Positions 19,348-28,739 of a stretch of DNA of 64,000 nucleotides are shown one piece after another. This stretch comes from an uncultured Sphingomonadales bacterium (GTDB lineage: Bacteria > Pseudomonadota > Alphaproteobacteria > Sphingomonadales > Sphingomonadaceae). Location of the stretch: NCBI GenBank assembly GCA_903923465.1, contig CAIXXP010000004.1, forward strand, positions 140-64,139. The letters run 5' to 3'. How positions within the stretch are numbered: the stretch's first letter is position 1; every line of letters starts with the position of its first letter. A model generated the notes under the pieces. It did no database searches. It worked only from the letters and a program-made list of their open reading frames with translations, and was not told where the DNA came from. The position numbers and the translations under genes were made by a program.

Positions 19348-20295
19348 CTAAACCGCCGCCCGCTTCAACCGATCAGCAATCGCCGCGCCAATCCCCTCAC
19401 CCGGCAAAGCCACCACCGCCATCCTCGGCTGCGCGGCAGCGGCCCCCGCATGCAGCGCGGCATAAAGGTTGGCCGCCGCCTCGGCGATATCACCCGCGGG
19501 CGAAAGATTGAAATCCCCGCCCACCGCGCCAAAGCCAATCAGGAACTCATCGTCCGCCGCGCCATCCGCCTCCAGCCGCAACGGCTTGCCCGGGGCATAA
19601 TGGCTGGCAAGCTGCCCGGGTGCCTCGATGCCGCCGCCCACAGGCGCGTCCCCGCCCGGCCCCAGCACCTCGGCGAGGGCGTCGGCGGAAATCGGCCCGG
19701 GGCGCAGCACCTGCCAGCTTCCGTCCTCCCGCAGCGCCACGATGGTTGATTCGATGCCCGCCACACAGGGCCCGCCATCCAGTATCAACCCCGCACGCCC
19801 GCCCAGCGACGCCGCGACGTGCCCTGCCGTGGTCGGGCTGACCCCGCCGCTGCGATTGGCGGAAGGGGCGGCCAGCGGCACGCCAGCGGCCTCCAGTACG
19901 TCCCGCATCACCGCATGCGCCGGGCAACGCAGCGCGACGGTGGGCAGGCCCGCCGTCACCGCCGGAGCCAATTCCGCCCCGGGGCGCAGCGGCAGCACCA
20001 GTGTCAGCGGCCCCGGCCAAAAGCGGTCCGCCAACGCCTGCGCCCGCCCACCAAACCGCGCGAGCCGCGCCGCGCCGGCACTGCCCAGAACATGCACGAT
20101 CAGCGGGTTGAAATCCGGCCGCCCCTTGGCCCGATAGATTGCCGCGACGGCCGCCGCACTGTCGGCGCGGGCGGCCAGACCATACACGGTCTCCGTCGGC
20201 ACCGCGACCAACCCGCCCGACCGCAGCACCGCCGCCGCCTCGGCCACGCCGGCAGCATCGGGCGCGATGATCCGGGGGGCGGGCTCAGCGGACAT
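19348..20295 (-). CDS. tsaC: L-threonylcarbamoyladenylate synthase (Sua5/TsaC)
   Basis: VAVPTETVYGLAA, KGRPDFNPLIVH, AAPSANRSG, PGQLASHYAP (Sua5 C-domain). Confidence 0.93.
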   Translation of the reverse strand: MSAEPAPRIIAPDAAGVAEAAAVLRSGGLVAVPTETVYGLAARADSAAAVAAIYRAKGRPDFNPLIVHVLGSAGAARLARFGGRAQALADRFWPGPLTLVLPLRPGAELAPAVTAGLPTVALRCPAHAVMRDVLEAAGVPLAAPSANRSGGVSPTTAGHVAASLGGRAGLILDGGPCVAGIESTIVALREDGSWQVLRPGPISADALAEVLGPGGDAPVGGGIEAPGQLASHYAPGKPLRLEADGAADDEFLIGFGAVGGDFNLSPAGDIAEAAANLYAALHAGAAAAQPRMAVVALPGEGIGAAIADRLKRAAV

Positions 20296-20411
20296 GGGCG
20301 GCGTCAAAAGATATCATCCTCCCGCGCTATCCTGAGCCGGCGGGATTGCCAAGGGGGTGGGCTTTACCCTTTGGGCGGTCGGGCTATAGCAGGGGCGGAG
20401 AAGTGAGGTTT

Positions 20412-20596
20412 TGCAGGGGCAAACCCCTGCACCCCATTACGTCTCCCGGCGAGAGATGGTGCCGAAGGCGGCGTGCCGCACAACCTCACCGCGCCGCAGG
20501 CTATTCAAAGCCGCTTCGCGGCGAAGCGGAACGCCGCAGATGATGCGCCGGGCAAGACAGTAATGGGGGTTTGGGGGCGTAACACTCCCAAGACTA
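20412..20596 (-). repeat. Dual-hairpin element, copy 3 (B...A)
   Basis: Same architecture; nearly identical to copy 5. Confidence 0.93.
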
Positions 20597-20624
20597 TCCC
20601 TTTTAAAATAAGGATTTGCTTATA

Positions 20625-21449
20625 ATGGAAGGTCGCCAGGCACTCGAACGCATCGCTGAACTGCTGGAGCGGATCATGCCCCCTGCCCCGGCCGCCATCG
20701 ACTGGCTTGCCGCCCCCGCCTATGTGTGGAGCGCAGGCGCACCGCGCGCCGTGGCGCATCTGGAAGCCCCGGCGCTGGCCCTGCTGCGCGGCATTGATGC
20801 GCAGAAAGAGCTGGTGGTCGCCAATGTCCGCCGCCTGGCCGCCGGCCATGCCGCGCACGACATGCTGCTGTGGGGGTCGCGGGGGATGGGAAAATCCGCC
20901 CTGCTGCGCTCCGCCATCGCGGCCGCACAGGCCGAGGCTCCCGACAGCGTCGCACTGGTGCAGGTCTCGCCGGAGGCCCTGCCGACGCTGGCCGGCCTGT
21001 TCACCGCACTGGGCGCGATTGACCGCCGCTTCCTCGTGTTCATCGACGACCTCGGCTTTGAAGACAACGACAGTTCCGGCCCCCGCGCCCTGCGCAGCTG
21101 GCTCGAAGGCGGGGTGGAGGCACGCCCGCGCAATGTCCGCCTCGCCGTCACCGCCAACCGCCGCGCCATCGTCGCCCGGCACCTCTCCGAGCAGGATGAC
21201 CCGATCAACCCGCGCGACGTGGTCGACGACCGCCTGGCCCTCGCCGACCGCTTCGGCCTGTCCATCGGCTTCCACAATTGCGATCAGGCGGCCTATCTGG
21301 CGATCATCGGCGGCTACGCGGCGGATCTGGGGCTGGTTTGGGACGAGGCAGACGCGCTGGAATGGTCGAAGCGGCGCGGGTCACGCTCTGGCCGCGTGGC
21401 GTGGCATTATATTACCGAATTGGCGGGGCGTGCGGGGAAGGAAGTTTAA
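20625..21449 (+). CDS. DUF815-family AAA+ ATPase
   Basis: LLWGSRGMGKS, FIDDLGFE, ALADRFGL, RSGRVAW. Confidence 0.88.
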   Translation: MEGRQALERIAELLERIMPPAPAAIDWLAAPAYVWSAGAPRAVAHLEAPALALLRGIDAQKELVVANVRRLAAGHAAHDMLLWGSRGMGKSALLRSAIAAAQAEAPDSVALVQVSPEALPTLAGLFTALGAIDRRFLVFIDDLGFEDNDSSGPRALRSWLEGGVEARPRNVRLAVTANRRAIVARHLSEQDDPINPRDVVDDRLALADRFGLSIGFHNCDQAAYLAIIGGYAADLGLVWDEADALEWSKRRGSRSGRVAWHYITELAGRAGKEV

Positions 21450-21465
21450 GGGAAGGAGATGGGAT

Positions 21466-21648
21466 TAGTCTTGGGGGTGTTACACCCCCAAACCCCCATT
21501 ACTGGATTGCTTTTCGCCCTGCTTGCCACGTGGCGCCTTGCCGCGAAGCGGCCATAAAGCCTGCGGCGCGGTGAGGTTGTGCTGGAGGGATGCCCTTGGC
21601 GCGCCCTACCGCCGGAAGACGTTCAGGGGTGCAGGGGCGAGCCCCTGC
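21466..21648 (+). repeat. Dual-hairpin element, copy 4 (A...B)
   Basis: tagtcTTGGGGG-tgttaca-CCCCCAA acccccattactg; core 21540-21552; ggggtGCAGGGG-cgag-CCCCTGC. Confidence 0.95.
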
Positions 21649-21676
21649 TACTTCCCCCTAAACCTCCCAAATCCCC

Positions 21677-23149
21677 TCAATTCCCCCCCGAAGGCGCCGC
21701 AAAGTGCTCCTGCTCCGCCGGGTCGCCCTTCAGTTCGCGCTGAGCCGCCATATGCCCGGTCACCACGGTGCCTGGCGCGGGTGCGGGTGCGGCGCCGGGG
21801 GCGATAACCCGCCAAATGATGCCGGCCGTGTCGTCGCTCACCAGCAGCGCGCCATCCTTCGCCCAAGCCAGCCACACCGGGCGGCCGTGCGTCGCGCCAT
21901 CGCCGGTGAGGAAGCCGGTGAGCACCGGGCGCGGCAGGCCGGTGGGGTTGCCATGCCCGTCGAAGCTGACAAACACCACGTCATAGCCCACCGGCACCTT
22001 GCGGTTCCACGAGCCATGGCGGGCCACGAAGGCGCCATTGGTATAGTCCGGCCCCATCCGCTGGCCTCCCGTGGCGAACACCAGCCCCAGCGGCGCCGTA
22101 TGTGGCCCCAGCGCATATTCCGGCTTGCGGGTATAGTCGGTCAGGTAATCGGGCATGGGCGGCTCCACGCGGTCGTCGATCACATCTTTCCAATAGACCC
22201 AGGGCCACCCGTAATGCGCGCCCACCGGCACGTTGGTCAGGTAATCGGGCGGCAGATTGGGCCCGATCTGGTCGCGCTCGTTCACCACCGTCCACAATTC
22301 GCCGGTGGAAGGGTTCCAGCCCAGGCCATTGGGGTTGCGCATGCCGGCGGCATATTGCCGCTTCGCCCCAGTGGCCAGATCGACCTCAATGATGGCGGCC
22401 CGGCCCTTTTCCTTGTCGATTCCCCGCTCGGCGATGTTGCTGGAAGAGCCGATCGCGACATAGAGCTTCTTGCCATCGGGGCGCAGCAGCAGGTTGCGCA
22501 TCCAGTGGTTGCCGCCGCCGGGCAGGTCGACAAGCTTGGTCGGCGCTCCGCTCAGCGCCGTGTCGCCCAGCGTATAGGGGAAGGCCAGCACCGCATTATG
22601 GTTGGCGACGTACAGCGTGCCCTTTCCGCCATTGCCCGGCAGAAACGCCATGCCCGAGGGCGAGACCAGCCCATCATGCCGCAGCACGAAGCGCTGGTCG
22701 GCCTGGCCGGTGCCTTTGCTGTCGCGCAGCAGCACGATCGTATCGGGCGAATGGCCGCCTGCGCCAACGATGCGCATGAACAGGTGCTGGAAGAAGCCGA
22801 CAACCCCGCCCGGGCCGTTGGACGGCGGCGAATCGGTCTCGGCCACCAGCACATCGCCATTGGGCAGCACCAGCAGGGTGCGCGGATGGGCCAGCCCCTG
22901 CGCGAAGCGGCTGACGGTGAGGCCCTTGGGCGCCACCGGCGCTTCGTTCGCGCCCCAACCCGCGGTTTTCATCAGGGAAACCTCGGGCAGCGTCTCCGGC
23001 GCGGGGTCCGCCAGCTTCGGCCGCGTGCCCTCGAACTGCTCGATTGGCAGCGGCTCGGCGTGGGTGTGATATTCGTAAACGACACTGCCACCGGCAAGGG
23101 CGGCCAGCATGCCGGCGACGATCAGGCTATTGCGCAGGTTCTCTCTCAT
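21677..23149 (-). CDS. PQQ-dependent sugar/sorbosone dehydrogenase family, exported
   Basis: N-terminal hydrophobic segment, GLAHPR, YVAIGSSSN, GMRNPNG, HGSWNR, GALLVSDD. Confidence 0.85.
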   Translation of the reverse strand: MRENLRNSLIVAGMLAALAGGSVVYEYHTHAEPLPIEQFEGTRPKLADPAPETLPEVSLMKTAGWGANEAPVAPKGLTVSRFAQGLAHPRTLLVLPNGDVLVAETDSPPSNGPGGVVGFFQHLFMRIVGAGGHSPDTIVLLRDSKGTGQADQRFVLRHDGLVSPSGMAFLPGNGGKGTLYVANHNAVLAFPYTLGDTALSGAPTKLVDLPGGGNHWMRNLLLRPDGKKLYVAIGSSSNIAERGIDKEKGRAAIIEVDLATGAKRQYAAGMRNPNGLGWNPSTGELWTVVNERDQIGPNLPPDYLTNVPVGAHYGWPWVYWKDVIDDRVEPPMPDYLTDYTRKPEYALGPHTAPLGLVFATGGQRMGPDYTNGAFVARHGSWNRKVPVGYDVVFVSFDGHGNPTGLPRPVLTGFLTGDGATHGRPVWLAWAKDGALLVSDDTAGIIWRVIAPGAAPAPAPGTVVTGHMAAQRELKGDPAEQEHFAAPSGGN

Positions 23150-23290
23150 GCCCGCTAAATAGTCGCTCGCGAGCCGGGCGGCAAGGATCAGCAGTGCCCC
23201 AAGCTTTACGCGAAAGCCCATACCATTCCCCGCGTCCGCATGGCACAATGGCCTATTCGAACGCCCTGCCCCCCTTTCATGAGGTGCGTC

Positions 23291-23896
23291 ATGCCATCGC
23301 CCTACTCCGCCTGCCGCGCCGCGTTCCTCGGGCTCTGTTTCGCGCTGGGGCTGGCCCTGCCCGCCGCCGCGCAAGAGCCCGCGCTGCATGCCAGCCCCGA
23401 AGCCCTGGCCAGCCAATTCGTCGGGCCGTGGCAAGGCACATGGGTGGGGCCGGATGGCCATGCCTGGAGCGGCGACTGGCGCGGCGACCTGCTGACCCCC
23501 GATGGCCGCGCGGTCGGCCCCGAGGAGTTTGCCCATTTCGCGGGAACCGCCTTCCTCGTCATCCACCCCCCTGCCCCGCGCGACGGCGTGGACTGGTCTG
23601 GCGAATGGCTGGAAAACTGCCATAACCGGATGCGTTACAATGGGTTAGACGAAAGCGCCGCCCCTGCCGACAGTTGCGCCAACTGGCTGCGTTTCTATCG
23701 CAAGTCCGGCCTGCTCAACCCGGCTTACGCCTACGCGGTGCCGGTCAGCCTGCTGCTCTCGCCCCGGCGCGGCTGCGACTGCCACACGGTGACCACGCAG
23801 ACGGTCACGGAATATGTGACCACGCGGCGGTGGCACCATGCTCGGCACCGGGCGGGGCTGCACTCGAAGGAGTTGCGGCTGCGGGTTTCGAAGTGA
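23291..23896 (+). CDS. Hypothetical secreted protein
   Basis: RBS GAGGT, signal peptide ending LPAAAQ, Trp/Gly repeats (WQGTW, WSGDW, WSGEW). Confidence 0.65.
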   Translation: MPSPYSACRAAFLGLCFALGLALPAAAQEPALHASPEALASQFVGPWQGTWVGPDGHAWSGDWRGDLLTPDGRAVGPEEFAHFAGTAFLVIHPPAPRDGVDWSGEWLENCHNRMRYNGLDESAAPADSCANWLRFYRKSGLLNPAYAYAVPVSLLLSPRRGCDCHTVTTQTVTEYVTTRRWHHARHRAGLHSKELRLRVSK

Positions 23897-23918
23897 ATTA
23901 GGGGATTGGGAGGGTTAT

Positions 23919-24103
23919 TGCGGGGGTAGCCCCCCTGCACCCCATTACGTCTCCCGGCGAGAGATGGTGCCGAAGGCGGCGTGCCGCACAATCTCACCGC
24001 GCCGCAGGCTATTCAAAGCCACTTCGCGGCGAAGCGGAACGCCGCAAATGATGCGCCGGACACGACCGTAATGGGGGTTTGGGGGTGTAACACCCCCAAG
24101 TCT
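23919..24103 (-). repeat. Dual-hairpin element, copy 5 (B...A)
   Basis: ~9 differences from copy 3 over ~170 nt (hand alignment). Confidence 0.93.
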
Positions 24104-24126
24104 CACCCCTTAAATACTCCCCCAAC

Positions 24127-25119
24127 CTAAACCCCGCCCCCGGTCAGCCGCTGACAAATCAGATCCAGCTGATCCAGCGAGCCATAGTGGATCGTCACCG
24201 CACCCTTGCGGAAGTCCCCCTCGGTGGCGATGCGCACCGTCAGCCCGAGGAACTCCTCCAGGTGGCGCTGCATGGCGAGAATATCGGCGTCCTCGCTCGT
24301 CTCCCGCCCCTCGCGCGCGCGGCGCGAAGCTGGCGTATCCCCGGTGCCGCGGGTCTGGCGGCGCACCGCCTGCTCCACCTCGCGCACGGAAAGCTGACGG
24401 GCGACGGCGTTGCGGGCCAGATCGCTGGCGCCGTCCGCCCCGATCAGCGCGCGGGCGTGGCCCATGGAAAGCTCGCCGCGCTCCACCAGATGGATCACAT
24501 CCTCGGGCAGGCTGAGCAGGCGCTGGAGATTGGCGACATGGCTGCGCGACTTGTCGACCATGCGGGCGATCTCGGCCTGGGTCATGCTCTCGGCGGTGGC
24601 CAGCCGGTGATAGGCGCGCGCTTCCTCGATAGGGTTCAGGTCCTCGCGCTGCAGGTTCTCGATGAGGGCCAGCGCCATCACCTCGCGCTCGGTGAGATTG
24701 CGCACCAGCGCGGGAATCTCGTGCAACTGCGCCCGCTGGGCCGCGCGCCAGCGCCGCTCACCGGCCACCAGCTGATAGCGCCCACCAGCCAGAGGGCGCA
24801 CGATAACCGGCTGAATCACCCCGCGCGCGGCGATGGAGGCGGCCAGCTCGTCCAGCGCCGCCTCGTCGAAATGGCGGCGCGGCTGTTCCGGGTGCGGCTC
24901 GATATCGGCCACGGCCAGCAACGCCAGCCCGCCCGCCGGCACCGCCGAACCAGACCCGGCGTTGCCATTGCCCCGGGCCGCACCAGCCAGCGGCTCCTCG
25001 CGTCGGCTTTCGCCCAGCAGGGCCTCCAGCCCCCGCCCCAGCGCCGGCGACTTGCGACGCGGCGCCGCGTTGATAATGTCGGCGGTGATCGCGGGAACCG
25101 GCTTGATCTCTTCACTCAT
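24127..25119 (-). CDS. parB: Chromosome partition protein ParB
   Basis: LGRGL, QPR, VAGERRWRAA, IENLQREDL, KSRSHVAN. Confidence 0.97.
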   Translation of the reverse strand: MSEEIKPVPAITADIINAAPRRKSPALGRGLEALLGESRREEPLAGAARGNGNAGSGSAVPAGGLALLAVADIEPHPEQPRRHFDEAALDELAASIAARGVIQPVIVRPLAGGRYQLVAGERRWRAAQRAQLHEIPALVRNLTEREVMALALIENLQREDLNPIEEARAYHRLATAESMTQAEIARMVDKSRSHVANLQRLLSLPEDVIHLVERGELSMGHARALIGADGASDLARNAVARQLSVREVEQAVRRQTRGTGDTPASRRAREGRETSEDADILAMQRHLEEFLGLTVRIATEGDFRKGAVTIHYGSLDQLDLICQRLTGGGV

Positions 25120-25901
25120 GCGGCAATTCTTCTTTCGGGCAGGCGGTCAATCAGCTCCCGGGCCAGCTCGATATAGGCGCGGCTGCCGGTGCAGAACTGG
25201 TCGTAGATCAGCGCCGGCAATCCATGGCTCGGCGCTTCGGAGAGGCGGACATTGCGGGGGATGACCGTGTCGAACACCAGCTTGCCGAGGATGCCGCGCA
25301 CATCGTCAGAAACCTGATCGGTGAGGCGGTTGCGCCGGTCATACATGGTGAGGGCGACGCCAACGATCCCGAGATCCGGGTTGAAGCGCTGCTGCACCCG
25401 CTCCACCGTTTGCAGCAATTGGCTCAGCCCCTCCAGCGCGAAGAACTCGCACTGTAGCGGCACCAGCAGCGAATCGGCGGCCGTCAGCGCATTCAGCGTG
25501 AGCAAGCCCAGCGAGGGCGGGCAGTCGATGAAGCAGATGTCATGCCCGTTGGCGGCGGCGGGATGGCTCAGCGCGTTGCGCAGGCGCTCGGCCCGCTCGG
25601 CGACGCTGACCAGTTCCACCTCTGCGCCCGACAGATCCACCGTCGCCGGCACCAGATCGAGGTTGCGGATGCGGGTGGCGACAACGCATTCGGCCAGGGT
25701 CGCCTCCCCCATCAGCAGGTCGTAGGTCGAAAATTCACGATCCGAAGTGCCCACCCCCACACCGGTCGACGCATTGCCTTGCGGGTCGAGGTCAATCAGC
25801 AGCGTTTTCCAGCCGGCAGCGGCAAAAGCGGTGGCGATATTGATGGCGGAGGTGGTTTTCCCGACGCCGCCCTTCTGATTGGCAATGGCAACCCGAATCA
25901 T
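25116..25901 (-). CDS. parA: Chromosome partition ATPase ParA
   Basis: ANQKGGVGKTT, DLDPQGNAS, DCPPSLG, PRNVRLSEAPSHG. Confidence 0.97.
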   Translation of the reverse strand: MIRVAIANQKGGVGKTTSAINIATAFAAAGWKTLLIDLDPQGNASTGVGVGTSDREFSTYDLLMGEATLAECVVATRIRNLDLVPATVDLSGAEVELVSVAERAERLRNALSHPAAANGHDICFIDCPPSLGLLTLNALTAADSLLVPLQCEFFALEGLSQLLQTVERVQQRFNPDLGIVGVALTMYDRRNRLTDQVSDDVRGILGKLVFDTVIPRNVRLSEAPSHGLPALIYDQFCTGSRAYIELARELIDRLPERRIAA

Positions 25902-26605
25902 GAAGTTTGCTCCCGTGCGGATTTCAGGTTCCCAACTAGTATGCCAGCCCCCGCGTCCGTCAACGACTGTTCCACGTGGAACGTATGATGGCGGCCAGAA
26001 AGTGCCCGCATGGGCGTGAGCGCCGGGAGCGTCTCCAGATCTTGCGCCGCGGACCGCCCCTTCGGCAACAGCCAGAGGGTGTCGGCTGTGGAGAAGCGTG
26101 CGGATAAAGCCAATAATCGATCAAGCGGGGCAAAGGCGCGCGCGGATATCGCATCCACCTTGCGGGTTTCCACCAATTCCAGCCGCTGCCCGATCACGCT
26201 TGCCCGCTCCAGCCCCAGCGCATCGCGGGCCCGCTCCAGCCATTCGATTCGCCGCGCGCGCGATTCGACCATCAGCACTTCCATTTCGGGCCGCAGCGCC
26301 GCCACCACCAGCCCGGGGAACCCTGCCCCGGTGCCAAGGTCTAGCCACAGCCCGCATGTTTCACGTGGAACAAAGCGTAGCAACTGCGCGCTATCGACGA
26401 TATGGCGGCGCCATACCTCGCCCAGGCTCGCCGCCGAAACGAGGTTCTGCTCGGCGTTCTCCCGCGTCAGCATGGCCACCAGTTGATCCAGCGCCGCCAT
26501 GGCCGGCCCCACATCCCCACCCTCGGCGGTGATGAAATCCGCCAGCCACGCCTTGGCATCCTCTTCCGAATACAGCACCGGGCCGCCGCTCAGTTCCCCA
26601 CTCAT
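25898..26605 (-). CDS. rsmG: 16S rRNA m7G527 methyltransferase
   Basis: [23 protein letters not shown]; position between mnmG and parA. Confidence 0.95.
   Translation of the reverse strand: MSGELSGGPVLYSEEDAKAWLADFITAEGGDVGPAMAALDQLVAMLTRENAEQNLVSAASLGEVWRRHIVDSAQLLRFVPRETCGLWLDLGTGAGFPGLVVAALRPEMEVLMVESRARRIEWLERARDALGLERASVIGQRLELVETRKVDAISARAFAPLDRLLALSARFSTADTLWLLPKGRSAAQDLETLPALTPMRALSGRHHTFHVEQSLTDAGAGILVGNLKSAREQTS
25968..25983. other. parS site (inside rsmG)
   Basis: TGTTCCACGTGGAACG vs consensus TGTTTCACGTGAAACA. Confidence 0.85.
26357..26372. other. parS site (inside rsmG)
   Basis: TGTTTCACGTGGAACA. Confidence 0.9.
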
Positions 26606-28461
26606 GGTACCCCGCCCTGCTCCATCCGCCGCGCATGCACCAGCAGCGCCGCCATCGCCGCCGGGGTGACGCCCGGCACCCGCCCGGCGGCGGCCAAAGT
26701 CTCCGGCCGCGCCTGCCCCAGCCGCTCCACCATCTCGCGCGAGAGGCCCGCTATGGCGTCATACGGAAAATCATCGGCAAGGCGCAGCGTCTCGGCCGCG
26801 CGCAAATCCTGAAGCTCGCGATCCTGCCGGGCGAGATAGGGAGCATAGGCCGCATCCTCCGCCACCTCCTCGGCCAGGTCGGTATCCGCCAGCGCATGCC
26901 CGGCAATCCATGGCGCGAGGCTGGCAAGATCGATCCCGTCGAAGCGCAACCAGTCGCGCAAGGGTGCCCGCCCATGGCTCACCCGCACATCCAGACCGCC
27001 GGCCGCCAATTCGCCGCCGCTCACCTCGCGCGCCAGCTCCACCTCCAGCGCCTCGCGGGTTTCCGCGCGGCGAGCGAACCAGGCCTGCCGCTCGGCGCCC
27101 ACACAACCGGCCGCCATCGCCAGCGGGGTAAGCCGCGTCGAGGCATTGTTCGCCCGCAGCCGCAGGCGGTATTCGGCCCGAGCGGTCAGCATGCGATAGG
27201 GTTCCGATACGCCGTGCAGCGTCAGATCATCCACCATCACCGCCATATAGCTGTTGGCCCTGTCCAGCGACGCGGGCGCCCGGCCCAGCGTGGCGGCGGC
27301 GGCGTGCATCCCGGCCATCAGCCCCTGCGCGGCGGCCTCCTCATAGCCGGTGGTGCCGTTAATCTGCCCCGCGCAATAGAGGCCGGCAATGGCGCGCAGT
27401 TCCAGACTGTGACGCAGCGCGCGCGGGTCGATGTGGTCATATTCCACCGCATAGCCCGGCACTACCATCTCCACCGCCGCCAACCCATCCATGCACCGCA
27501 GCATCGCCAATTGCACATCAGCGGGCAGCGAGGTGGAGATGCCATTGGGATAGACCAGATGCGTATCCAGCCCCTCCGGTTCCAGGAAGATCTGATGGCT
27601 GTCCCGGTCGGCAAAGCGATGAATCTTGTCCTCGATGGACGGGCAATAGCGCGGCCCCCGCGCGTCAATCGCGCCAGTGAACAGTGGCGAGCGATGAAGG
27701 TTGGTGCGGATGACATCATGCGCCGCCGCGTTGGTGCGGGTGATGGCGCAGGCCAATTGCGGGTTCGCGCGAGTCCTGCCCATCGCGGACATGCACCACA
27801 TCTCGGCATCCGAGGGCTGCTCTTCCAGCCGCGCCCAGTCGATGGTGCGGCCATCCAGACGGGGTGGCGTGCCGGTCTTCAGCCGGGCCATCGGCAGATC
27901 GGCATCGCGCAATTGCGCCGCGAGGCGCTGCGCCGAAGCCTCGCCGATGCGGCCACCGGTCATCCGCTCTTCGCCGCGAAACAGCGTGCCGCCAAGAAAG
28001 GTGCCGGTGCACAGCACCACGGCGCCGGCGCCCAGCGCGGTGCCATCTGCCAGATCGACACCCACCGCCCTGCCCCCGGCCATGCGCAGCACGGCGGCCT
28101 CACCCTCAACCAGCGTCAGACCCCGCTCCCGCGCGAGGATGCGTTGCACCGCCGCCTTGAACAGCTTGCGGTCCGCCTGAACCCGCGGGCCCTGCACCGC
28201 GCTGCCCTTGGAGCGATTGAGCATGCGGTAATGGATGGCGGCAGCATCGGCGGCGCGGGCGATCACGCCATCGAAGGCATCCACCTCACGCACAAGGTGC
28301 CCCTTGCCCAGGCCGCCTATGGCCGGGTTGCAGCTCATCGCGCCAATGGCATCAAGGTCGAAACTGACCAGCGCCACGCGCGCGCCCATCCGCGCCGCGA
28401 CCGCCGCCGCCTCGCATCCGGCGTGCCCGCCGCCCACCACGATGATGTCGAAATTGTGCAT
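26602..28461 (-). CDS. mnmG: tRNA modification enzyme MnmG (GidA)
   Basis: [54 protein letters not shown]. Confidence 0.98.
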   Translation of the reverse strand: MHNFDIIVVGGGHAGCEAAAVAARMGARVALVSFDLDAIGAMSCNPAIGGLGKGHLVREVDAFDGVIARAADAAAIHYRMLNRSKGSAVQGPRVQADRKLFKAAVQRILARERGLTLVEGEAAVLRMAGGRAVGVDLADGTALGAGAVVLCTGTFLGGTLFRGEERMTGGRIGEASAQRLAAQLRDADLPMARLKTGTPPRLDGRTIDWARLEEQPSDAEMWCMSAMGRTRANPQLACAITRTNAAAHDVIRTNLHRSPLFTGAIDARGPRYCPSIEDKIHRFADRDSHQIFLEPEGLDTHLVYPNGISTSLPADVQLAMLRCMDGLAAVEMVVPGYAVEYDHIDPRALRHSLELRAIAGLYCAGQINGTTGYEEAAAQGLMAGMHAAAATLGRAPASLDRANSYMAVMVDDLTLHGVSEPYRMLTARAEYRLRLRANNASTRLTPLAMAAGCVGAERQAWFARRAETREALEVELAREVSGGELAAGGLDVRVSHGRAPLRDWLRFDGIDLASLAPWIAGHALADTDLAEEVAEDAAYAPYLARQDRELQDLRAAETLRLADDFPYDAIAGLSREMVERLGQARPETLAAAGRVPGVTPAAMAALLVHARRMEQGGVP

Positions 28462-28518
28462 GATGTGGGGCCCTAGCGGAGGTGGGGCGCGGGGTCAAAA
28501 TTTGTGGAAGGGGAGGAT

Positions 28519-28702
28519 TAGTCTTGGGGGTGTTACACCCCCAAACCCCGATTACTGTCATTGTCGCGCCATGGGTTCGGCCTAGCGCCTGCTCGCCGGG
28601 CCGCAGGCTTTATAGCCGCTGCGCGGCAAGGCGCCCCGCCGTGATGATGAGCCAAGGCCGACAGTTCCCGGGGGTTTGGGGGCGCGGGCGTCCCCAAGTC
28701 TA
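28519..28702 (-). repeat. Dual-hairpin element, copy 6 (A...A)
   Basis: A-type hairpin at both ends; core ccgcaggctttatagccgctgcgcggcaaggcgcc. Confidence 0.9.
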
Positions 28703-28723
28703 ATCCCCTTCCCACCCTCTCTC

Positions 28724-28739
28724 TGTTCCACGTGAAACA
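28724..28739. other. parS site (intergenic, abutting mnmE stop)
   Basis: TGTTCCACGTGAAACA. Confidence 0.9.

Noticed and set aside
19036-19351. Short ORFs and N-terminal extensions read through the elements (e.g. LGGVTPPNP, MQGLAPA..., MGARGRWPSH...)
   Set aside because: They are translations of the repeat in inconsistent frames, without RBS; genuine starts lie downstream.
20625-21449. DUF815 ATPase (or xth, rho) as the element's mobiliser because it is flanked by copies
   Set aside because: Many housekeeping genes here are doubly flanked owing to element density; no nuclease or HUH motif.
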